Below are positions 27,604-36,894 of a DNA stretch of 64,000 nt, in pieces. The notes beneath the pieces are model-generated. The model saw nothing but the letters and a program-made list of their open reading frames with translations. It was not told the origin of the DNA and made no database searches. Both the position numbers and the translations under genes were made by a program. Where the stretch lies: NCBI GenBank assembly GCA_964484255.1, contig CAZAEH010000001.1, positions 68,674 through 132,673 of the forward strand. Direction: 5' to 3'. The first letter of the stretch is position 1; the number at the start of each line of letters is the position of its first letter. This DNA comes from an uncultured Planctomycetia bacterium (GTDB lineage: Bacteria > Omnitrophota > Gorgyraeia > Pluralincolimonadales > Pluralincolimonadaceae).

Positions 27604-28574
27604 CTTTCCAGGGAAACGTTGAACAACCTGTTTATCATGGCTTCATAACTTATACATTCCAGCTCGGCTACCATCCCGAAATAATCATCCTTTGCGAGCG
27701 AAGGCAGCGGGTTGGCCTCAAGCAGGTATATCTTCCTGCCTTTCCGTGAGACGCGAAAATCGAACCTGGCGAAATCACGGCATTCCAGCGCCCCAAAAGC
27801 CGCCAGGGCCCTCTGCTGTATATCGCGTTCCAGGTCCCGGTCCATATCCAGAAGCTTACGATAGGAAAGGCATCCAGCGCGTTCGTTTTTGTCGAACACA
27901 TGACAGCTTAAGCCTGACTTTTCCTCAAGATGCCTTTGCACTACGGGCAGGGCCGAAATGTGCCCGTTCCCTAATACTCCGGCGGTAAATTCCCATCCGT
28001 CTATGAATTCCTCTACAATTGCCGGTTGCTTGTACCTTTCGCAAATGAATAGGACCCTTTTCTTCAAACCCTTAAGATCAGTCACAACCGACCCGGCGGA
28101 TATGCCCTTGGCAGAACCCTCATACCTGGGTTTGACTATAAGGGGAAATTTCATTCCGTGCAACGGCCCTATCTCCCTTTCCTCCTCGTACCCAAAGAAG
28201 GAGGGTGTCAGGATCCCGTGATAACTTAAAATTTTTTTCGTCATTATCTTGTCCAACGCAACGGAAAGAGTAAGGGCATCCGGACCGGTATAGGGTATAC
28301 GAACGAGATCCAAAAGTACGGGAACTTCGGATTCACGGTCCCTGCCCGATGTCCCTTCGGCTATGTTAAATACTATATCGCAATCCAGCCTTCCAAGCAT
28401 AGCCAGGAGATCGCGGGAAGAACCTATCCTTATTACATCGTGGCCGCCGTATTTAAGGGCTGATTCTATGGAAAGGATCGTATCGGGGTCGTCGTGTTCG
28501 GCCCAGATATCGGGAGGACAACCGCGCGGGGCTTTGTTCTTCAGGTCAAAGGTGAATCCCGTCAGCAAGGGCAT
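27588..28574 (-). CDS. ATP-grasp enzyme, D-alanine--D-alanine ligase family
   Basis: KPRYEGSAKGIS ATP-grasp motif and Ddl-like organisation. Confidence 0.7.
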   Translation of the reverse strand: MPLLTGFTFDLKNKAPRGCPPDIWAEHDDPDTILSIESALKYGGHDVIRIGSSRDLLAMLGRLDCDIVFNIAEGTSGRDRESEVPVLLDLVRIPYTGPDALTLSVALDKIMTKKILSYHGILTPSFFGYEEEREIGPLHGMKFPLIVKPRYEGSAKGISAGSVVTDLKGLKKRVLFICERYKQPAIVEEFIDGWEFTAGVLGNGHISALPVVQRHLEEKSGLSCHVFDKNERAGCLSYRKLLDMDRDLERDIQQRALAAFGALECRDFARFDFRVSRKGRKIYLLEANPLPSLAKDDYFGMVAELECISYEAMINRLFNVSLERCGLG

Positions 28575-29332
28575 TACCTCATCAATTCTATCTCTATTGA
28601 GTTGCTCCTGGGCAGGTAAGAAACGGTGGCATAAACGCGTTTTTGCGCCTTCAATACAAGGTTTATCTTCTCTCCCGGGCGCAGCATCGAGTACTTCCTT
28701 ATCACGTTCTCGACAAAATCTTTCAGGTCTTTTTCCGTCGTCGGGACAAAAGACAGGTCCAAGGTAGCGTAAGGCATGTCCTTCGCAAGGATCACTTCAT
28801 CAACCTTGAACTGTCCGTGATACAAGACCGCCTGCTGCAGGGAATCCCTTATGGCGCCAAGGTCATAGTATACGATATTATCCCTTTGCTGGAGGATCAA
28901 AAAAGACGCGGCTATGACTATGACAACGGACGATATTACCGCGGCCTGGAATATCCTCCTCCCCTTGAGTTTCTCTATCCGTATCCTCTCTTCCAGCCTC
29001 ATGCGTGCTCTCATCGCCGCCATATCGAGCTCAAGGCTTTCCCTGTCGGGGGCGATCTTAATTGTACGTCCAACCCCCATTGCAGACCTGACCCTCTCCT
29101 CTTCTTCCTTGTCCTTGAGGAGCCTGTCATGCTGCTCTTTAGCTTCCGCCTCTATCTTGGCTTCTTCTATGAAGAGCTGCATGACTTCCCGCCTGACTTT
29201 TGCCTCGATCTTGGATTTATCTTCTTCCATGCTGATTTTTCCGGATAAAATAAAAGGGCGGCCTGCAGAGTCCGTGCCATCATAGCCCTGCTCCAAGCCG
29301 CCCATAGGTATATCTGAAGCCTTTGACTCCAA
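28574..29332 (-). CDS. Membrane-anchored coiled-coil hypothetical protein
   Basis: ORF with Glu/Lys-rich coiled coil followed by a TM helix. Confidence 0.45.
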   Translation of the reverse strand: MESKASDIPMGGLEQGYDGTDSAGRPFILSGKISMEEDKSKIEAKVRREVMQLFIEEAKIEAEAKEQHDRLLKDKEEEERVRSAMGVGRTIKIAPDRESLELDMAAMRARMRLEERIRIEKLKGRRIFQAAVISSVVIVIAASFLILQQRDNIVYYDLGAIRDSLQQAVLYHGQFKVDEVILAKDMPYATLDLSFVPTTEKDLKDFVENVIRKYSMLRPGEKINLVLKAQKRVYATVSYLPRSNSIEIELMR

Positions 29333-29342
29333 AAACTATTCC

Positions 29343-29924
29343 TTACTTGACGAAAGCTATATCGTCAATATAGATTGTGCCTTGTTTCTTCGCAGAACAG
29401 GTCATATCATCGAAGACTATTACGAATTCGGTCATCGATGTCAGGTCCGTAAGACCCGCGAACTGGTTAACCGGTATCATCACTTCTTTCCAGTCCGAAG
29501 TAATATCGGTAAGCATATACCTGCCCACTTCCCCCTTTGAATTCTTTAGCTCAAGCTTGACCTTGGGTGAGAACCCGGCAACCGCATCACCCTTTATCCA
29601 GAAGCTCAGCTTATCATACTGGGAGATGTCCTGGCTCTTCAATTTCATCCAAAAACCGTTATAAGCGGGGTTCGGGGAATCCACATCGTAATCCAACTGT
29701 ATAGCAAAACCCGAAGACCCGTTCTTCTCCCCGGAGTTGAAATTCATCTTACAACCCTGGGTCTGGTCAGCTTCATCCTTGTTCCAGGCGCCAAAATCCC
29801 CGCCGATGTTATTCGGTTTATCGCCCGTATTGAAATCTGCTATTACCAGAGTTGCCGCCGATACCTGCCCGGCAAATAGTAAAGCTACCGCAGAAGCGGC
29901 CAGAAAAGAAAATAAGTTCTTCAT
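29343..29924 (-). CDS. Secreted CBM-like beta-sandwich protein, family B paralog
   Basis: Signal peptide. KPNNIGGDFG...DSPNPAYNGFWMKL...IYIDDIAF motifs shared with 39319-39999 and with the N-terminus of 34956-36890. Confidence 0.75.
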   Translation of the reverse strand: MKNLFSFLAASAVALLFAGQVSAATLVIADFNTGDKPNNIGGDFGAWNKDEADQTQGCKMNFNSGEKNGSSGFAIQLDYDVDSPNPAYNGFWMKLKSQDISQYDKLSFWIKGDAVAGFSPKVKLELKNSKGEVGRYMLTDITSDWKEVMIPVNQFAGLTDLTSMTEFVIVFDDMTCSAKKQGTIYIDDIAFVK

Positions 29925-30005
29925 TTGACCCTCATCCCCTTTCTGCTTTTAAAAGCATGGATATAAGTCTACCTCAATCACAGGCTTATTTCAAGGGCAA
30001 ATAGA

Positions 30006-32381
30006 TCACTTTCCAAGCATCACTTCGACCAGATGTATCTTTTTGTCCTTTAAGGCAGGGATAACATTCCCTTTTATATTTTTACCGTCAAGTTTCACCT
30101 CCCTGACCCCGAAAGAAACGTGGTCCGGGTCGGATACTATTATCTTATAAACCGCGCCGCGGAATTTCCTGGTCATCTCAAAACCGCCCCACGATCCCGG
30201 TATACACGGGTCTACAAGCAAGCCTTCCAAGACGGGCCTGATGCCTAATATCCAGTTGGTACCGGACCTGTAAAGCCAGGCTGCCGAACCTGTATACCAT
30301 GTCCAGCTTCCCCTGCCGTAATTGACCGAATCAGGACCGTCCGAATTCCCAGGCGTAACGTAAGGCTCGGCCTTGTAATGGTCGATGTCCTTACTCCTGT
30401 TGGGCGGGCATATCTTGCTGTACAAGTCAAAGGCCAGTTCAGGGTTCTTCATGAGCGCTTCCGCTATGACCGCCCATGTAGCTGCATGGGTATATACACC
30501 CCCGTTCTCCCTTACGCCTGACGCATAACGGCTTATATAACCTATTTTATCATTCGGTTCATGGAAAGCAGGATAAAGCAATATAGCGCCATAATCCCTG
30601 TATATGTATTTCCTGCAGGATTCCAGGGCTTTCTTTATCCGGTCTTCGGTCCCTGTACCCGCCATTACGGCCCATATCTGCGCGTTAAGGAAGATCTTGC
30701 CTTCCTTGCATTTCGAGCTGCCGACAAGAGAACCGTCATCGCATGTGGCGCGCCAATACCACTGGCCATCCCAGGCATGCTTATTGATGGCATTCTTGAG
30801 CTCGTCGTACTTCTTTAAATACCTCCTGGAATCGGATCTCCTGTTAACCTTCTTGCTGGAAAGGACTTCTTCCGCCCACCTCTTGATGATATAGGCGAAG
30901 AAATGCGCCATCCATATCGACTCACCTTTAAAACCAATCCCGACGAAATTCATGCCGTCATTCCAGTCGCCTTCACCTATCAGGGGAAGGCCCCTCTTCG
31001 AGAACCTTGACATGACCTTTTTTAACGACCGTTCACAATGCTCTAAAAGCGTGGCGCTGCCGCCGTCCGCGAACTTGACCTTTTCTTTGAGTATCTTATA
31101 ATCGGCGGTCTCTTCTATATAACTTATGGTCACAAAGACCAGCCACAAGAGGTCGTCGACCTTCTTTGTCCTCGGCCCCCATTCGGCCAGCGTATGCCAC
31201 CAGTGGTAGACCGTGCCGTCCTTGAACTGGTGCGCTGCGTGAAGAAGTATCTGTTTCTTTGTCAGCGATGTGTCAAGGGGCAGGAAAACCTGGCTGTCTT
31301 GCAACTGGTCCCTGAAGCCGTAGGCCCCGCTGGATTGGTAATATGCACAACGGGCCCAGATCCTTCCTGATATGGCCTGGTACTTAAGCCAGGTGTTGGT
31401 CATCAGGTTCATCGCATCATCCGGAGTATTTACAGTAAGGCCTGAAAGCAGATCGTCCCAGTATTTCCTGACCTCGGCTAGGGCGGAATCGGAGTTCTTT
31501 ACATCAAAATACTTCTTTATCAGTTTGGCATCTTTGGCTTTTCCCTGGCTCATACCGAGCATAAATACTATCTCTTTCGCTTCACCCGGTTCAAGCGAGA
31601 TGTTGACCTGGAAGCTGGCTATGGAATCATTCCATCTGCCCGTGGTATTGGTTAGTATACCTTTCTCCACAGCTTCGGGATCGGCAAGGGTCCTATACAT
31701 TCCTATGAAATTCTCCTTGTCGCCTTCATAATATTCGGGTTCTATCGACGACGCGAAGAAAGCGGTACACGGCCACTCGCTCAGGACCTGCCCCTGAAGC
31801 ATGAGCTGCTTCCTCTTGGTGCCGTAAAGTGCATGCGTATCCTTATCGTATTCCGTCCCAATGAACGTCCTGTGGAACTCCCTGTGATTATCATCCTTAT
31901 TCCCGAGCAGCCATTCAAAATAGGTAAAAAGGGACAGTGACCTGGCTGCGGCGGATTCATTCTTTAATGTGACCTTCCAAAGCTCGATCTGCTCTCCTCT
32001 CGGGACGAACATGGTGACACATGCATCTATACCCTTGTATACGGACAGTAGCTTCGTATAGCCCAAACCATGCCTGCATTCATACCTGTCAAAATCAGGG
32101 CATACGGGCTTCCAGCCGAGGGACCAATGTTCTCCGGTATCCCTGTCTTTTACGTAGATGTATTTGCCCCACTCGTCCCTTACCAGGTCCTGCTCCCAAC
32201 GCGTTATCCTCGCAAGATTGGAGTTCTCCCACCAGGAGAAACCCGATCCTGTCTGCGAAACAGCAAACGCATAAGACCCGTTCGAGACCACATTTACCCA
32301 TGGGCGAGGAGTATCCGGCCTGGTTATGACATATTCTTTCCCGTCATCGGTAAAATAACCGTATTCAGTCTGGAATTTCAT
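30006..32381 (-). CDS. GH94 glycoside phosphorylase (cellobiose/cellodextrin/laminaribiose phosphorylase-like)
   Basis: N-terminus YGYFTDDGKEYVITRPDTPRPWVN typical of cellobiose phosphorylase. Length 791 aa. Confidence 0.75.
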   Translation of the reverse strand: MKFQTEYGYFTDDGKEYVITRPDTPRPWVNVVSNGSYAFAVSQTGSGFSWWENSNLARITRWEQDLVRDEWGKYIYVKDRDTGEHWSLGWKPVCPDFDRYECRHGLGYTKLLSVYKGIDACVTMFVPRGEQIELWKVTLKNESAAARSLSLFTYFEWLLGNKDDNHREFHRTFIGTEYDKDTHALYGTKRKQLMLQGQVLSEWPCTAFFASSIEPEYYEGDKENFIGMYRTLADPEAVEKGILTNTTGRWNDSIASFQVNISLEPGEAKEIVFMLGMSQGKAKDAKLIKKYFDVKNSDSALAEVRKYWDDLLSGLTVNTPDDAMNLMTNTWLKYQAISGRIWARCAYYQSSGAYGFRDQLQDSQVFLPLDTSLTKKQILLHAAHQFKDGTVYHWWHTLAEWGPRTKKVDDLLWLVFVTISYIEETADYKILKEKVKFADGGSATLLEHCERSLKKVMSRFSKRGLPLIGEGDWNDGMNFVGIGFKGESIWMAHFFAYIIKRWAEEVLSSKKVNRRSDSRRYLKKYDELKNAINKHAWDGQWYWRATCDDGSLVGSSKCKEGKIFLNAQIWAVMAGTGTEDRIKKALESCRKYIYRDYGAILLYPAFHEPNDKIGYISRYASGVRENGGVYTHAATWAVIAEALMKNPELAFDLYSKICPPNRSKDIDHYKAEPYVTPGNSDGPDSVNYGRGSWTWYTGSAAWLYRSGTNWILGIRPVLEGLLVDPCIPGSWGGFEMTRKFRGAVYKIIVSDPDHVSFGVREVKLDGKNIKGNVIPALKDKKIHLVEVMLGK

Positions 32382-32390
32382 CTTACTGTA

Positions 32391-33689
32391 TTAATTCCCC
32401 TCCTTGAATAACTCGTCGGCCTTGGGCACGATCGCATCTACGGCGTCCTTAACGGACTTAAGCCCGTTAAACATCAGGTCGAATTCGGGATATATATAAA
32501 GGTCCCTTATCTCCCTCCATTTCGGGCTGAATGGATCATACACCGTCATCTTTACGGCATCATTAAGCATCTTTTTGTTGAGCGGCACTTTATTGCTTAA
32601 GGCAAAATGCTCGCCTTCCGCTATCTTCTTGTTGGCAGGCTGCGCCAGTCCGGATTCGGCAAGCATTATCTGCCCGTCATCGCCGCTTAAGGCCTTAAGG
32701 ACTTCCCATGCCTCCTTGGGATATTTCGTGGAATTCAGGATGCCGTAACCGGTGCCTCCCGTGGCGAATTTCCTTATACCTGTCGGGCCTTTCGGGAACA
32801 TGGCTACATCCCAGTCGAAATCCTTTATTTTCCTTACAATAGGGGTCTCCCATATGCCGGAATGGAACATGGCAACCCTCTGCATCATGAACATCTGTAT
32901 TACACCGAGACCCTGGTTGCGGAAAGTGCTGGAAGTAGGCGATACCTTATATTTCTGCGAAAGATCTACCAGGAACTGCAGCCCGCCCATTGATGCCTGC
33001 GAACCCAAAAGGCATTTCTTCGGATGCTTGATATCATCGGCTATTTTACCGCCGTTGCATAATACAAAATTCGGCCACATGTCGCTGTAAAAACCGTACT
33101 GTATGACCTTGCCGTCCTTATCATACTTTGTAAGCTTCTTGGCCATTTCTAAAAGGTCATCCCAGTTCCAGTCATCGGTAGGATAGGCGACACCTGCCTC
33201 ATCCAGCAGTTTCTTGTTGTAATAAATACACGCCATCGGAGCGGTGTCCCTGGGTATGGCCAGGACTTTCCCGTTAACCGTATACCTATCGACCACCTCC
33301 GGGAAGAAATCCCCAAGGTTAAAAGTGGAGTCTTTTTCCATGTAGGGGTTTAAGTCGAGAAAGACATCCTTATCGGCAAAGGATACGAACATATTGACTT
33401 CCGCCGCGATAATATCCGGGGCGGCCCTGCCCGCTATCTCGGTAAGTATTTTACTGACATAACTTCCGAACGGTATATGTTCCAGCTTCACCTGGATATC
33501 AGGATGCGTCTTTTGCCAGTTATTTATGGTAGCGGTTATGATCTCGATCTCTTCTGGACTGCCCCAGAAAGCGACTTTGATAGGTACCTTTTTAGGTTTT
33601 CCTCCAACCTCCTGCTGGCCGCATCCCGCCAACTGCAGGACAAAGGCAAGGATGATAACACATGCCAATAACTTCGCCGGTCCTTTCAT
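32391..33689 (-). CDS. ABC transporter sugar-binding protein (family 1 extracellular solute-binding protein), lipoprotein
   Basis: Signal peptide and lipobox LAGCGQ. No adjacent permease genes. Confidence 0.75.
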   Translation of the reverse strand: MKGPAKLLACVIILAFVLQLAGCGQQEVGGKPKKVPIKVAFWGSPEEIEIITATINNWQKTHPDIQVKLEHIPFGSYVSKILTEIAGRAAPDIIAAEVNMFVSFADKDVFLDLNPYMEKDSTFNLGDFFPEVVDRYTVNGKVLAIPRDTAPMACIYYNKKLLDEAGVAYPTDDWNWDDLLEMAKKLTKYDKDGKVIQYGFYSDMWPNFVLCNGGKIADDIKHPKKCLLGSQASMGGLQFLVDLSQKYKVSPTSSTFRNQGLGVIQMFMMQRVAMFHSGIWETPIVRKIKDFDWDVAMFPKGPTGIRKFATGGTGYGILNSTKYPKEAWEVLKALSGDDGQIMLAESGLAQPANKKIAEGEHFALSNKVPLNKKMLNDAVKMTVYDPFSPKWREIRDLYIYPEFDLMFNGLKSVKDAVDAIVPKADELFKEGN

Positions 33690-33707
33690 CGCAAAGCCTC
33701 CTGTTTT

Positions 33708-34943
33708 TTATGCGTTCATAAATATCCTCTGCAAGACAAGGCAGGCAGAGCCCATGGAAACCGCATTGTGCCCAAGCCTTGCAGGGACTATCCTCAGGTT
33801 CCTGATATTCTCCTCCCTCGACCAGGAATGGATCGTCCTCTTCACGGAATCCATGAGGACCGATCCGGCCTGTTCGACCCCGCCGCCTATGACAACGACT
33901 TCCGGGTTAAGGAGGTTGACCAGGAACGCTATCTTCTTTCCCAACTGCTTTCCGGCATTTTCAAGAAGCTCCATAGCCAATTTGTCTCCAGCCTTGGATG
34001 CTTCTATCGCAGTGCCTAAATTTATTTTTCCCGGATCCCCCCCGGCTAATTCGAATATCCGCGACTTGGAACCCCTGTTAAAAGCTTCCCTGGCAGAATA
34101 TGCCACACCGAGGTCTATCTCCCACGTACCGAGGTTCAAAGACTCCGTGCGTCTTGACCCGGAATCGGATTCGGCAGCGTTAAATATGCCTACCTCTCCG
34201 GCTGAACCATTAGAGCCCCGGTATATCTGCCCGTTTATTATAAGTCCGCAACCTACGCCTGTATACATATATATCATATCGTTTATATCGGACTCGAAAC
34301 CGAACCAGCGCTCTCCGAAAACGGCGCAAGCGGCATCGTGCTCGACAAGAGTGGGGATATCGAATTCTTTCTCGAATATGTCCTTTAAAGATACGCCGGA
34401 TATTGATACCATGGATAGCCCCATTGCTCCCAACCATCTTATCGTCTGGCCTTCCACGTCTATTACCCCCGGTACCCCTATCCCGAGGCCTTTTACCTTG
34501 TCAGGCTCTATCTTGGATTTATTGAGTACTTCTTCGACGGTCTCCACGAGCTTGTCTATTATCGCCTCGCTGTTATCTGCCGGCCTGTCTTTTTTAACCT
34601 CGCAAATTACCTGCATCTTCGGGTCCACGAGAATGCCGACGATGTTCAGCGCGGTCAAGCCTACCCCTATTATGTAGCCGAACTTGGGATTGAGCTCAAC
34701 AAGCGTCGGGCGCCTTCCTCCCGTAGAAACGTCAAAACCCTTCTCCACCACAAGGCCGTTGGCTATGAACTCGTTTATGTAATTGGAGATCGTTACGATA
34801 TTGAGGCCTGTTTGCCTCGATATCTCGGTACGCGATATGGGCCCGTGCTTTACCACGAGCTCAAGTATTGACAGGTTCTTCCTCTGCTTATCGGAAAGGA
34901 CCCTGTCGATTGCCAATGCATTCTTGGTACTCGAATTTCTCAT
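33708..34943 (-). CDS. ROK-family transcriptional regulator (N-terminal HTH plus sugar-kinase-like domain)
   Basis: HTH at N-terminus. ROK glycine-rich and Cys/His motifs. Confidence 0.8.
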   Translation of the reverse strand: MRNSSTKNALAIDRVLSDKQRKNLSILELVVKHGPISRTEISRQTGLNIVTISNYINEFIANGLVVEKGFDVSTGGRRPTLVELNPKFGYIIGVGLTALNIVGILVDPKMQVICEVKKDRPADNSEAIIDKLVETVEEVLNKSKIEPDKVKGLGIGVPGVIDVEGQTIRWLGAMGLSMVSISGVSLKDIFEKEFDIPTLVEHDAACAVFGERWFGFESDINDMIYMYTGVGCGLIINGQIYRGSNGSAGEVGIFNAAESDSGSRRTESLNLGTWEIDLGVAYSAREAFNRGSKSRIFELAGGDPGKINLGTAIEASKAGDKLAMELLENAGKQLGKKIAFLVNLLNPEVVVIGGGVEQAGSVLMDSVKRTIHSWSREENIRNLRIVPARLGHNAVSMGSACLVLQRIFMNA

Positions 34944-34955
34944 ATTGCCGGCCCC

Positions 34956-36890
34956 TTATTCAAAAAAATTCTCGTTCAACAATCTCTCTGTCTTAACGGC
35001 AATAGGATCCTTGCGGAACCTTTGCCTTATCGCCCCATTATTCAGGTAGTTATCTATTGAAGGTAATATCATGCCCTGATCAAGGGCGAGGTATTTATAC
35101 GATACCTTCCCGCTCTTGACATTAACGGAGTCGTACAACCCGTATTCCCCGTACATATTAAAATAAAAAAGCATCCTTCTTATGTTCGATATCGCCTCTT
35201 CAGGGACAAACGCAAGGGAAAGGAAAACGACATGCGGCGTGATAACACCTTCATCCTTATAGCCCTTGAAGCCTATGCCCGCTACGCCGTACTCCGTGTA
35301 GCCTCCGTAATTTCCGTCAGGTGTGGAACACGGGGAAAATCCCCAAGCTTTATAACCCTTTTTATCCGCAAAAGCTATATGGGCGCGTGCGCCTTTCAGG
35401 TCATTAAGGCCAAGTCCTTTGGGTGCCAGCTCCTTCTCCTCCACCATAAGAGAAGGCATAAGGAACTCGAAAAGGCTCCCTCCCCAGCTCGGGACGATCT
35501 TTTCCCCCTCATAAATGTAATATCCCTGGAAATACTCTACCCTGTCTTTTTTGACCATCTTCCCTTCCGGCTTCTGGGACTGCCAATCTACTTCGGGCGG
35601 GAACGTCCTGGCCATCTTATACCAGTGCTCCTTCGGGACATCGCCCTTTCCGATAGCTATAAGGCTGGTAAACCTGGCCTCACCGTTAAGCTGACCGTAG
35701 TTATATGGCGAATATTTCCCTGTATCCCTGTCGTAACCAAGGTTCAACTGCCCCAGTTCCTTGTTGTAGAGAGCGGAAAAATCCATTTCCTTTAATATAG
35801 AAGAGCAGCGCCGGCCAAGTTCCTTCTCAAAAGCCTGCCTTGCTATCACAAGGCCCCCGGCAAGCCAACCGTTATCCACGGACGAGATATACCTGCGGGT
35901 TACATGAAGGTTAGTGGTGGAATGGTAATTGTCCCATAAGCCGTGCCAACGGGGCATCTTCTCGATGATATCAAGTGTATCGGATATACGCTTGACAGCA
36001 TCTTCGCGCGTGATAAACCCGAGGTCAAAAGCGGAAACTACATTTATGAAATACAGGCCGGTATTCGTCGGGGAAGTGTAATCACCCACCTGCCTTTCCG
36101 GCGCCATACCTATCCAATCAAGCGGAAGGTGGCTTCTCTTGTCCACAACATTATCGAAAAAACCCCACGTATCCTTTGCTATACCCATAAGCATTTCTCT
36201 GTCCGCGCTGGTCAATAATACCTGCCTGCGCTCATCATCCGTCACCTTACCCGGATAGCGGTTGATATTATCCTTCAAACCGCTGAAAAAAAGCTCCTGT
36301 CCCCCGTAGAAGGCTATGTCGTCCAGGTATATCTTGCCGCTTATCACATTAGGTTCGCCCTTGAACAGAAAGGTAAGCCTTGCAAGTTTATTAAGGTCAA
36401 CCGACGGAAATCTGTCCATAGGGACCTTTATCTCCTGCCAGTCCGTTGTGGCCTTGACCATCGGGGAAATATCCGTCTGCTTGCTTGCGCCGTAAGAATC
36501 TTCCAGGGCTATCCACAACTTTTCGGAACCTTCGGCACCTTTCATCCAAAATGATATGCCATTTGCCGCGCTTATATCTATATCGTTAAGGCCTGTAGAC
36601 CAGGAAGCCTGGTCGCCTTTTGGAATATAGAACTCCAGTTCCAGTGAATAACCTTTTTCCCCGTGCCTTACCTTATTGCTGTACGCAGCCTGCAGGAAAG
36701 CCGGTTTTTTACACTCGAGGGAAGGGGCGCCGTCTATCTCGTTAGGGTCCTTACCGTCGTTAAAATGATCTATCACCTTGATATCGGATCCGGCGGGTAT
36801 CCTGGCACAGGCGCTATCCTGGGCCTTGCATGGAAAGGGAAAAATGCAGAAAACAAAAATAACCGTAAATATATGACGCAAAGATACCAT
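34956..36890 (-). CDS. Secreted protein: N-terminal CBM-like domain fused to a DUF3131/glucoamylase-like (alpha/alpha)6 domain, putative beta-glucan hydrolase
   Basis: Domain resemblance only. The catalytic family is not certain. Confidence 0.55.
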   Translation of the reverse strand: MVSLRHIFTVIFVFCIFPFPCKAQDSACARIPAGSDIKVIDHFNDGKDPNEIDGAPSLECKKPAFLQAAYSNKVRHGEKGYSLELEFYIPKGDQASWSTGLNDIDISAANGISFWMKGAEGSEKLWIALEDSYGASKQTDISPMVKATTDWQEIKVPMDRFPSVDLNKLARLTFLFKGEPNVISGKIYLDDIAFYGGQELFFSGLKDNINRYPGKVTDDERRQVLLTSADREMLMGIAKDTWGFFDNVVDKRSHLPLDWIGMAPERQVGDYTSPTNTGLYFINVVSAFDLGFITREDAVKRISDTLDIIEKMPRWHGLWDNYHSTTNLHVTRRYISSVDNGWLAGGLVIARQAFEKELGRRCSSILKEMDFSALYNKELGQLNLGYDRDTGKYSPYNYGQLNGEARFTSLIAIGKGDVPKEHWYKMARTFPPEVDWQSQKPEGKMVKKDRVEYFQGYYIYEGEKIVPSWGGSLFEFLMPSLMVEEKELAPKGLGLNDLKGARAHIAFADKKGYKAWGFSPCSTPDGNYGGYTEYGVAGIGFKGYKDEGVITPHVVFLSLAFVPEEAISNIRRMLFYFNMYGEYGLYDSVNVKSGKVSYKYLALDQGMILPSIDNYLNNGAIRQRFRKDPIAVKTERLLNENFFE

Positions 36891-36894
36891 GATA

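Noticed and set aside
29925-30005. Palindrome GCTTTTAAAAGC upstream of the CBM-like gene at 29924
   Set aside because: It is a zero-loop, AT-rich palindrome next to a plausible TTGAAA-N17-TAGACT promoter. Low information content makes it too weak to call a specific operator.
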